NCBI GenBank assembly: GCA_950097015.1
Contig: CATNEN010000038.1
Location: 21,018,001 to 21,082,000, forward strand
DNA length: 64,000 nt
Origin: Macrostomum hystrix
Lineage: Eukaryota > Animalia > Platyhelminthes
Direction of reading: 5' to 3'
The notes under the pieces were generated by a model, which saw only the letters and a list, made by a program, of their open reading frames with translations, did no database searches and was not told the DNA's origin. The position numbers and the translations under genes were made by a program. Shown here piece by piece: positions 49,611 through 61,709 of the stretch (positions within the stretch are counted from its first letter, which is position 1; the number at the start of each line of letters is the position of its first letter).

Positions 49611-52326
49611 ATGCCGAGAAAATGCAGCGTCATTTTCTGTCGTGCAAACTACAATAGTTTGCAAAAATTGTAATCGTGATCGGAATGTTGCAGTATTTTC
49701 TTTTCCTAAAGATGCAACTGAACGAGAGGCTTGGCGACTGTCTCTAAGATGCTGGCTTTAAGATGCACCAATGATAAAAAAGGGAAGAAATGAAAGGCCG
49801 CTACATCCACCATCAGTTTTCGACGAAGTCCTGCAGTCCTGCCTCGTTCAAACACAAGGTTTGTGAAGTTCTACTGCTCTAATTAAAATATTCGAGCGTA
49901 TTTGTACTCCATCAAATAGGGTCGAAACGAACCACTAAGATGCGCGCTTGGATATTGCAGTGCGTGCCAGTCGACAGGCTGAGGGAAGGGGCGTGCTGTT
50001 GTCCGAACGATGCCTTTTCCAAGATGAACTAGTAGAATTTCGAGAGCATGACACGCTGCCATCGTGGACTGAATTCCAAGCATCGATTCACTGTTCAGAC
50101 GTAATCAAAGCACATCAGCTTATTGTTACCATTGTTCAAGAGGAGGTGTTTATCTTCTCGTTAAGAGCCAATGCCGAAATGGTTCTGCGAGTTTTCGTTT
50201 CACCAAACTATTCCGTGCGATGCTTTCGGTTACACTCACCAGTTGCGGTTCGAGATCTGCTTGGATTTCCACCAACATTAAAGTATTGGTTGCAACTTGA
50301 AGCTATCATAAATCGTTGTAAAAACTGAACAGTGGACGTCGAAAGTGAGGTGAGGGCATTATCTAAGAACTTTTCTATTGCCTTTAACCATGATGGAGTA
50401 GCACCGGACACATCGGTTACATTCATCCTGAAGCTACTCGAGTTCGCCACAACGCACCCAAACAATCGACGATACGACATTGCCACTATGCGCCAATCTG
50501 CTTTGCATTACCTGATTAGCAGTTCTGCATACGCGCATGCACAGACGCTCCTTCCTTTGCCCCACCAACGCACATTACGCACTCAGTTGGCTGGTCTAGG
50601 AGAGATTGGCACTGAAAATGATGCACACGAGATCATAAAGGTCACATTTGCCAAACTGAAACCGCAGCAGAAGTTTTGTGTGTTGATTTTCGATTAAACG
50701 TATGTCCCGCCATCGATTCGCTATCGGTGCCAACATCTGCTCGGCCAAGGGTCAGACAATCATAACAAAACTGCTCGAACAGTGCTCGCAATAATATTGA
50801 AGCCATTGTTCGGTGGTAAAGCCATTTGTTCTAAGGCTGCTACCGATTTTTCTTCTTTCCGCCGACTTTTTGTACCACCAGCTTTGAAAGTGCATTCAAC
50901 TCGTCAATCAACATGGAGGCCTCGTTGTGGCGCTTGTGTGTGACAACCATCCCACACTGCTCAACAGATGTTTGCTGCTCAACAGACGAAACCTTGGATC
51001 GGCAAATCTGAATCATAGGATTCTACTTTCTGTTTGCTCCATGATGTTGTGCACCTTTTGAAGTCAATTCGGAACAATTGACAGTCTGAGTATGATGGAA
51101 TGCTACCCGTTCGTTTGCCCGAGTCTACAACAGTCGTCACGGCTAAGTAGTTAGGCATTGTAGAGCTGTATAAATATGAAGCGTATCACATTGCTAAGCG
51201 TACAGGCATTACATACGCAGCGTGTTTCCCAACAAATTTCCAAAAGACTAAAGTCAATTTAGCTCTTCAAGTTTTCTGCGTCAACGTTGCTGCCGCCCTA
51301 AAATGCGACGGGAAGAATGGAACAGCTGCATTCATTGACGTTATTTAAAAATTCTGGAAAATTGTGAACTGCAAGAACCCGCATCTTCATGTTAGACTTG
51401 AAGCAGTTCTGATTTATGACCCAGACAGACGGGCTGTCTATTCAGACAGCGCTTTGCGAATCGATTGAGGAGATGCGCAGTGGAAAGGAAAGAACAAGAC
51501 ACCAATCTCTGACGTCAGAGACGAAGATGTCATTCGCTTACACTATTCATGCAATCATAGAACTATGCGAACGACTGGTCTGCGAATCTGGTGCAACGTA
51601 CATTCTCATAGCGGAGTTGCAAAGTGATCCTCTGGAAGCAGAATTTGGTGTTCATCGCCAAATGAGCGGAGGCAATTACTTTATTTCAGTATAGCAAGTT
51701 TTTATCAGCGCGCGACTCCGACGAATGAAACTCTACACAGCGTTAGAGCTGGATGGATTTGCTGCGAATGACTTTGCTGCGACGCGCCCCTTTCAGACGA
51801 AGAACTTTCGACGCTCGATGACCTCTACGTCAAAGCTGAGAGCCTATCAATGGCCGAAAAGGCATATTTTTATTATATTGCCATGCAGTATATATGACAT
51901 GCAGTTGTAAGGCATGCATTTGTGTTGAACTTGGATGGAAATAACGATTGCTGAGGCATAATAATTACATTTCAGGCTACATAACGTTTAAGGAGAAAAT
52001 TACCGGTGAAGATCCTTGAGAAATTTAAACACTCACTCTGTGAATTCACTGAAATGATTTCCCGGGGAAAGTTGAAGCACCCGCCAAAGTGGCTGTTCAA
52101 TTTTGCTTGCCTCTGTTTCGGATGCTTCATTTCGCTGCGATCACCGTCATGTGCTTTGCGAGTGCAGATATTGTTTGCTGCCGTTGGCGAGTTTTACTTC
52201 CCTGAAGCAGATGTTCTGGGATGCTGCGTGCGCCTCACCAACTGTTTCTTCAAGGGTTATGTTCAACGAGGAGCAAAGAGCGCTCCTTCCCGGATAAAGT
52301 GCACGATAGAAAAATACTGGAGCTGA
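49611..52326 (+). pseudogene. THAP-domain P-element transposase (THAP9-like), heavily degraded
   Basis: THAP MPRKCSVIFC...VFSFPKD...REAW; LPLPHQRTLR, CVLIFD, VCDNH, HDVVHLLKSIRNN, KVNLALQVF and LQSDPLEAEFGVHRQMSGGNY; SRGKLKHP; probable short introns ~49859-49918 and ~51907-51975. Confidence 0.88.
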
Positions 52327-52761
52327 GTGGATAGTGAGCGAACCTGGAGCAAACACCTCACCATTTATCATAGTCAGCTCTTGTCCCGTTGTGTGACTGT
52401 TATTTTCCTCTCTGCTTGTAGTTCAGATGAAGAAAGAATCATAAATTTTTCTCGAGTTTCCTTATACATGTGCTGCATTTACAGCTTTCCCATTGTGTAT
52501 TTTCTCGACGTTTACTTTATGTAATAAAACTATTCAACATTTAAGAAAACCAAACCTACACCCGCCTTCCGACTGCCTATCAAAAAGTCAAATATGATAC
52601 GAGTATTCATTGGCAACTGAAAGCATGCGCATACGGATGGTCCATAAAACAATGCTTTTAAACGAGCCTCGCGTACATTTTTGGCCATGAATTGGCTCAT
52701 TTCCGGTCCTGAGTTATCAAGTTGTCCTTGGCAACGGCATTGTATGTATGACACGCCGGGC

Positions 52762-54013
52762 ATTATTTCAGCCTAGTAAAGTCCGCGGTCACTATTTTAG
52801 CCTAGTAAAGTCCGCGGTCACTATTTCAGCCTAGTAAAGTCCGCGGTCACTATTTTAGCCTAGTAAAGTCCGCGGTCACTTTTTCAGCCTAGTAAAGTCC
52901 GCGGTCATTATTTCAGCCTAATAAAGTCCGCGGTCACTTTTTCAGCCTAGTAAAGTCCGCGGTCACTTTTTCAGCCTAGTAAAGTCCGCGGTCACTTTTT
53001 CAGCCTAGTAAAGTCCGCGGTCACTATTTTAGCCTAGTAAAGTCCGCGGTCACTATTTCAGCCTAGTAAAGTCCGCGGTCATTATTTCAGCCTAGTAAAG
53101 TCCGCGGTCCTTATTTCAGCCTAGTAAAGTCCGCGGTCACTATTTCAGCCTAGTAAAGTCCGCGGTCACTATTTTAGCCTAGTAAAGTCCGCGGTAACTT
53201 TTTCAGCCTAGTAAAGTCCGCGGTCACTATTTCAGCCTAGTAAAGTCCGCGGTCACTATTTCAGCCTAGTAAAGTCCGCGGTCACTATTTTAGCCTAGTA
53301 AAGTCCGCGGTCACTTTTTCAGCCTAGTAAAGTCCGCGGTCATTATTTCAGCCTACTAAAGTCCGCGGTCACTATTTCAGCCTAGTAAAGTCAGCGGTCA
53401 CTATTTCAGCCTAGTAAAGTCCGCGGTCACTTTTTCAGCCTAGTAAAGTCCGCGGTCACTATTTCAGCCTAGTAAAGTCCGCGGTCACTATTTTAGCCTA
53501 GTAAAGTTCGCGGTCACTTTTTCAGCCTAGTAAAGTCCGCGGTCACTATTTCAGCCTAGTAAAGTCCGCGGTCACTTTTTCAGCCTAGTAAAGTCCGCGG
53601 TCACTATTTCAGCCTAGTAAAGTCCGCGGTCACTATTTTAGCCTAGTAAAGTCCGCGGTCACTATTTCAGCCTAGTAAAGTCCGCGGTCACTATTTCAGC
53701 CTAGTAAAGTCCGCGGTCACTATTTCAGCCTAGTAAAGTCCGCGGTCACTATTTTAGCCTAGTAAAGTCCGCGGTCACTATTTCAGCCTAGTAAAGTCCG
53801 CGGTCATTATTTCAGCCTAGTAAAGTCCGCGGTCACTTTTTTCAGCCTAGTAAAGTCCGCGGTCACTATTTTAGCCTAGTAAAGTCCGCGGTCACTATTT
53901 CAGCCTAGTAAAGTCCGCGGTCACTATTTCAGCCTAGTAAAGTCCGCGGTCACTTTTTCAGCCTAGTAAAGTCCGTGGTCACTATTTTAGCCTAGTAAAG
54001 TCCTATTTTAGCC
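52762..54013. repeat. 29-bp minisatellite (CACTATTTCAGCCTAGTAAAGTCCGCGGT)n, ~43 copies
   Basis: Visible tandem array. Confidence 0.95.
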
Positions 54014-57000
54014 TACTACAGACGAATCTGATGTCGCCACTGCAAACGAATCTGATGTCATCACTACAGATGAATCTGATGTCGCCACTACAGACGAATC
54101 TGATGTCGCCACTACAGACGAATCTGATGTCACCACTGCAAACGAATCTGATGTCACCACTGTAGATGAATCTGATGTCACCACTGCAGACGAATCTGAT
54201 GCCACCACTGCAAACGAATCTGATGTCACCACTACAGACGAATCTGATGTCACCACTGCAGACGAATCTGATGTCACCACTGCAGACGAATATGATGTCG
54301 CCCTGCAGACGAATCTGATGTCGCCACTGTAGATGAATCTGATGTCACCACTGCAGACGAATCTGATGTCACCACTGCAGACGAATCTGATGTCGCCACT
54401 GCTGACGAATCTGATGTCACCACTGCAGACGAATCTGATGTCACCACTGCAAACGAATCTGATGTCACCACTGCAGACGAATCTGATGTCGCCCTGCAGA
54501 CGAATCTGATGTCGCCACTGTAGATGAATCTGATGTCACCACTGCAGACGAATCTGATGCCACCACTGCAGACGAATCTGATGTCACCACTGCAAACGAA
54601 TCTGATGTCACTACTGCAGACGAATCTGATGTCGCCACTGCAGACGAATCTGATGTCACCACTGCAGACGAATCTGATGTCACCACTGTAGATGAATCTG
54701 ACGTCACCACTGCAAACGAATCTGATGCCACCACTGCAGACGAATCTGATGTCACCACTGCAGACGAATCTGATGTCACCACTGCAGACGAATCTGATGT
54801 CACCACTGCAGACGAATCTGATGTCGCCACTGCAGACGAATCTGATGTCACCACTGCAGACGAATCTGATGTCACCACTGCAGACGAATCTGATGTCACC
54901 ACTGCAAACGAATCTGATGTCACCACTGCAGACGAATCTGATGTCACTACTGCAAACGAATCTGATGTCACCACTACAGACGAATCTGATGTCACCACTG
55001 TAGATGAATCTGACGTCACCACTGCAAACGAATCTGATGCCACCACTGCAGACGAATCTGATGTCACCACTGCAGACGAATCTGATGTCACCACTGCAGA
55101 CGAATCTGATGTCACCACTGCAGACGAATCTGATGTCGCCACTGCAGACGAATCTGATGTCACCACTGCAGACGAATCTGATGTCACCACTGCAGACGAA
55201 TCTGATGTCACCACTGCAAACGAATCTGATGTCACCACTGCAGACGAATCTGATGTCACTACTGCAAACGAATCTGATGTCACCACTACAGACGAATCTG
55301 ATGTCGCCACTACAGACGAATCTGATGTCGCCACTACAGACGAATCTGATGTCGCCACTGCAGACGAATCTGATGTCGCCACTACAGACGAATCTGATGT
55401 CGCCACTACAGACGAATCTGATGTCGCCACTGCAAACGAATCTGATGTCACCACTGTAGATGAATCTGACGTCACCACTGCAAACGAATCTGATGCCACC
55501 ACTGCAGACGAATCTGATGTCACCACTGCAGACGAATCTGATGTCACCACTGCAGAGGAATCTGATGTCACCACTGCAGACGAATCTGATGTCGCCACTG
55601 CAGACGAATCTGATGTCACCACTGCAGACGAATCTGATGTCACCACTGCAGACGAATCTGATGTCACCACTGCAGACGAATCTGATGTCACCACTGCAGA
55701 TGAATCTGATGTCACCACTGCAGACGAATCTGATGTCACCACTGCAGACGAATCTGATGTCACCACTGCAGACGAATCTGATGTCACCACTGCAGACGAA
55801 TCTGATGTCACCACTGCAGATGAATCTGATGTCACCACTGCAGACGAATCTGATGTCACCACTGCAGACGAATCTGATGTTACCACTGCAGACGAATCTG
55901 ATGTCACCACTGCAGACGAATCTGATGTCACCACTGCAGATGAATCTGATGTCACCACTGCAGACGAATCTGATGTCACCACTGCAGACGAATCTGATGT
56001 TACCACTGCAGACGAATCTGATGTCACTACTGCAAACGAATCTGATGTCATCACTACAGACGAATCTGATGTCGCCACTACAGACGAATCTGATGTCGCC
56101 ACTACAGACGAATCTGATGTCACCACTGCAAACGAATCTGATGTCACCACTACAGACGAATCTGATGTCACCACTGCAGACGAATCTGATGTCACCACTG
56201 CAGACGAATATGATGTCGCCCTGCAGACGAATCTGATGTCGCCACTGTAGATGAATCTGATGTCACCACTGCAGACGAATCTGATGTCACCACTGCAGAC
56301 GAATCTGATGTCGTCACTGCTGACGAATCTGATGTCACCACTGCAGACGAATCTGATGTCACCACTGCAAACGAATCTGATGTCACCACTACAGACGAAT
56401 CTGATGTCGCCCTGCAGACGAATCTGATGTCGCCACTGTAGATGAATCTGATGTCACCACTGCAGACGAATCTGATGCCACCACTGCAGACGAATCTGAT
56501 GTCACCACTGCAGACGAATCTGATGTCACCACTGCAGACGAATCTGATGTCACCACTGCAGACGAATCTGATGTCGCCACTGCAGACGAATCTGATGTCA
56601 CCACTGCAGACGAATCTGATGTCACCACTGCAGACGAATCTGATGTCACCACTGCAAACGAATCTGATGTCACCACTGCAGACGAATCTGATGTCACTAC
56701 TGCAAACGAATCTGATGTCACCACTACAGACGAATCTGATGTCGCCACTACAGACGAATCTGATGTCGCCACTACAGACGAATCTGATGTCGCCACTACA
56801 GACGAATCTGATGTCGCCACTGCAGACGAATCTGATGTCGCCACTACAGACGAATCTGATGTCGCCACTACAGACGAATCTGATGTCGCCACTGCAAACG
56901 AATCTGATGTCACCACTGTAGATGAATCTGACGTCACCACTGCAAACGAATCTGATGCCACCACTGCAGACGAATCTGATGTCACCACTGCAGACGAATC

Positions 57001-60000
57001 TGATGTCACCACTGCAGAGGAATCTGATGTCACCACTGCAGACGAATCTGATGTCGCCACTGCAGACGAATCTGATGTCACCACTGCAGACGAATCTGAT
57101 GTCACCACTGCAGACGAATCTGATGTCACCACTGCAAACGAATCTGATGTCACCACTGCAGACGAATCTGATGTCACTACTGCAAACGAATCTGATGTCA
57201 CCACTACAGACGAATCTGATGTCGCCACTACAGACGAATCTGATGTCGCCACTACAGACGAATCTGATGTCGCCACTGTAGATGAATCTGATGTCACCAC
57301 TGCAGACGAATATGATGTCGCCACTACAGACGAATCTGATGTCGCCACTACAGACGAATCTGATGTCGCCACTACAGACGAATCTGATGTCGCCACTGCA
57401 GACGAATCTGATGTCATCACTACAGACGAATCTGATGTCGCCACTACAGACGAATCTGATGTCGCCACTACAGACGAATCTGATGTCACCACTGCAAACG
57501 AATCTGATGTCACCACTACAGACGAATCTGATGTCACCACTGCAGACGAATCTGATGTCACCACTGCAGACGAATATGATGTCGCCCTGCAGACGAATCT
57601 GATGTCGCCACTGTAGATGAATCTGATGTCACCACTGCAGACGAATCTGATGTCACCACTGCAGACGAATCTGATGTCGCCACTGCTGACGAATCTGATG
57701 TCACCACTGCAGACGAATCTGATGTCACCACTGCAAACGAATCTGATGTCACCACTGCAGACGAATCTGATGTCGCCCTGCAGACGAATCTGATGTCGCC
57801 ACTGTAGATGAATCTGATGTCACCACTGCAGACGAATCTGATGCCACCACTGCAGACGAATCTGATGTCACCACTGCAGACGAATATGATGTCACTACTG
57901 CAGACGAATCTGATGTCGCCACTGCAGATGAATCTGATGTCACCACTGCAGACGAATCTGATGTCACCACTGTAGATGAATCTGACGTCACCACTGCAAA
58001 CGAATCTGATGCCACCACTGCAGACGAATCTGATGTCACCACTGCAGACGAATCTGATGTCACCACTGCAGACGAATCTGATGTCACCACTGCAGACGAA
58101 TCTGATGTCGCCACTGCAGACGAATCTGATGTCGCCACTGTAGATGAATCTGATGTCGCCACTGCAAACGAATCTGATGTCACCACTGTAGATGAATCTG
58201 ACGTCACCACTGCAAACGAATCTGATGCCACCACTGCAGACGAATCTGATGTCACCACTGCAGACGAATCTGATGTCACCACTGCAGAGGAATCTGATGT
58301 CACCACTGCAGACGAATCTGATGTCGCCACTGCAGACGAATCTGATGTCACCACTGCAGACGAATCTGATGTCACCACTGCAGACGAATCTGATGTCACC
58401 ACTGCAGACGAATCTGATGTCACCACTGCAGATGAATCTGATGTCACCACTGCAGACGAATCTGATGTCACCACTGCAGACGAATCTGATGTCACCACTG
58501 CAGACGAATCTGATGTCACCACTGCAGACGAATCTGATGTCACCACTGCAGATGAATCTGATGTCACCACTGCAGACGAATCTGATGTCACCACTGCAGA
58601 CGAATCTGATGTTACCACTGCAGACGAATCTGATGTCACCACTGCAGACGAATCTGATGTCACCACTGCAGATGAATCTGATGTCACCACTGCAGACGAA
58701 TCTGATGTCACCACTGCAGACGAATCTGATGTTACCACTGCAGACGAATCTGATGTCACCACTGCAAACGAATCTGATGTCATCACTACAGACGAATCTG
58801 ATGTCGCCACTACAGACGAATCTGATGTCGCCACTACAGACGAATCTGATGTCACCACTGCAAACGAATCTGATGTCACCACTACAGACGAATCTGATGT
58901 CACCACTGCAGACGAATCTGATGTCACCACTGCAGACGAATATGATGTCGCCCTGCAGACGAATCTGATGTCGCCACTGTAGATGAATCTGATGTCACCA
59001 CTGCAGACGAATCTGATGTCACCACTGCAGACGAATCTGATGTCGCCACTGCTGACGAATCTGATGTCACCACTGCAGACGAATCTGATGTCACCACTGC
59101 AAACGAATCTGATGTCACCACTGCAGACGAATCTGATGTCGCCCTGCAGACGAATCTGATGTCGCCACTGTAGATGAATCTGATGTCACCACTGCAGACG
59201 AATCTGATGCCACCACTGCAGACGAATCTGATGTCACCACTGCAGACGAATCTGATGTCACCACTGCAGACGAATCTGATGTCACCACTGCAGACGAATC
59301 TGATGTCGCCACTGCAGACGAATCTGATGTCACCACTGCAGACGAATCTGATGTCACCACTACAGACGAATCTGATGTCACCACTGCAAACGAATCTGAT
59401 GTCACCACTGCAGACGAATATGATGTCGCCCTGCAGACGAATCTGATGTCGCCACTGTAGATGAATCTGATGTCACCACTGCAGACGAATCTGATGTCAC
59501 CACTGCAGACGAATCTGATGTCGCCACTGCTGACGAATCTGATGTCACCACTGCAGACGAATCTGATGTCACCACTACAGACGAATCTGATGTCGCCACT
59601 ACAGACGAATCTGATGTCGCCACTGCAAACGAATCTGATGTCACCACTGTAGATGAATCTGACGTCACCACTGCAAACGAATCTGATGCCACCACTGCAG
59701 ACGAATCTGATGTCACCACTGCAGACGAATCTGATGTCACCACTGCAGAGGAATCTGATGTCACCACTGCAGACGAATCTGATGTCGCCACTGTAGATGA
59801 ATCTGATGTCACCACTGCAGACGAATCTGATGCCACCACTGCAGACGAATCTGATGTCACCACTGCAGACGAATATGATGTCACTACTGCAGACGAATCT
59901 GATGTCGCCACTGCAGATGAATCTGATGTCACCACTGCAGACGAATCTGATGTCACCACTGTAGATGAATCTGACGTCACCACTGCAAACGAATCTGATG

Positions 60001-60318
60001 CCACCACTGCAGACGAATCTGATGTCGCCACTGCAGACGAATCTGATGTCGCCACTACAGACGAATCTTATGTCGCCACTACAGACGAATCTGATGTCGC
60101 CACTGCAAACGAATCTGATGTCATCACTACAGACGAATCTGATGTCACCACTGCAGACGAATCTGATGTCACCACTACAGACGAATCTGATGTCACCACT
60201 GCAGACGAATCTGATGTCACCACTACAGACGAATCTGATGTCACCACTGCAGACGAATCTGATGTCACCACTACAGACGAATCTGATGTCGCCACTACAG
60301 ACGAATCTGATGTCACAT
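54014..60318. repeat. 24-bp satellite (CACTGCAGACGAATCTGATGTCAC)n, ~260 copies, with higher-order structure
   Basis: Visible array; recurring 22-bp deletion variants mark larger duplicated blocks. Confidence 0.97.
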
Positions 60319-61113
60319 CTGATTCTTAAAGTAAACACTAGACGAAATTTGATCCTCGCAGCGACTGGCTTGCTTAGAATAATTTTTTCCTGTTAGGAAG
60401 TCCATAGTCTTCTACACGACAATCCTTGAAGCTTCTGGATGAAGCCTATTGTATTTATATTTATTTCAAAAAGAAATGCGACTTTAATTTAAGCGTGTAG
60501 AGAAGACCCACTGGCTATAAGCAACACTTCCTTTGTGGAAAGCATAAAATTAAAGTTATAAAGTCGACTTTTGAAGGGCCTACAAATGTTGCTAGTTCAA
60601 CTGTACCTACAAATGCTTTCAAGCTTGGTTTTTTGACATCTTGAAACCTATTTTCCTATAGCTTGTCTGAATATATTTATTATTTTTATTCTAAGCCTTT
60701 GGCAGGAAGTTGTATAAGGGGGATGATATTTTCATTATGCTAAACCAAGTTTGACAAGCGGCAGAGGCAGTAAACGTGGAATAATTATAAACATAAATTT
60801 ATTTATTTACTAAGTGAAATTCTAAGGCTTGTCGTGCAATTTACGCCCTTGAAAGCCAACCTCCAAGGCACAGTGAAATGTACACTGCCTGACAATGAGA
60901 AAGTCAGGGCAGATGTACACACCTGTGTGAGTGTGTGCCTGCGTACGGTATCTGTGTGCGTGTGTACTCAGGAGTCAGCGAAATGGGCAGAATTGCCTCC
61001 TCGCTGGTTGCAGGTCTAGTGTCACAAAATGATGTGCCATTGCCCACAGCCCTCCTGCAATTATTATTATTGATATTATTAAAAGGCATGAAAAGAGAAT
61101 GCAGCTACAAGCC

Positions 61114-61463
61114 TGTCTTGAATTCTTATGCAACAAATTGAGTCCTCGCAGTAAGAGCCCGTTCATACGGCTGTGAGCCAATTCAGGCCGAGAGTCAAAA
61201 TATATTTAAGTTTAACAGAGCGATAAGGAAGGGGGGTTGGCGGTACGATAACAAGAGTGCGCGACTGAGGGTAGGAGAGGAGGCTAGAACGTGAGCGGCG
61301 GACCAATCAGAGAGCAGGAAAGAAAGAAAGGATAGAGAATGAGAGATCAGCCGCAGAGATAACGAGAGAGAAAGAACTAGATTGAACTGGACGATGTAAA
61401 CAAGAAAAGTGCAGAGAACAAAAGAGTGAATAGAGGACAGAAGGCAAGACGAAAGTCGCGACA
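61114..61463 (-). mobile_element. Solo LTR
   Basis: TG...CA termini; 5-bp TSD AAGCC (61109-61113 / 61464-61468). Confidence 0.92.
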
Positions 61464-61709
61464 AAGCCTGACAAAATAATCAGCTCGAAAAAAGTGACAT
61501 TCGTCCTGGACCTTTCGAAAAAGGGAGCATTGTTTTATTAAATCACATAGATTTTTATATAATTAGACATCCTGTCTTTTGAATCCAAAGTCTAAATTAA
61601 GCGTTCCTTCATTTTCTTGCGTAAATAAATCTCGTCCTATCGCTTCCGGTTATCGATCGGATCAAAGTACACCTGTGGCTTCCGGTAATCGATCGGATCA
61701 AAGTACACC

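Larger units (their letters stand above)
48302..52730 (+). mobile_element. P-element/THAP9-superfamily DNA transposon, 4.4 kb, both ends present
   Basis: ~80-bp imperfect TIRs CAAGGACAACTTGATAACTCAGGACC...; perfect 8-bp TSD GCAACGGC (48294-48301 / 52731-52738). Confidence 0.93.

Noticed and set aside
54008-60396. Long ORFs (VTSDSSAV..., LQTNLMSP...) as mucin-like or antifreeze-like proteins
   Set aside because: They arise from a 24-bp unit that is open in several frames on both strands; recurrent 2-bp deletions break the frame; no unique domain or signal peptide.
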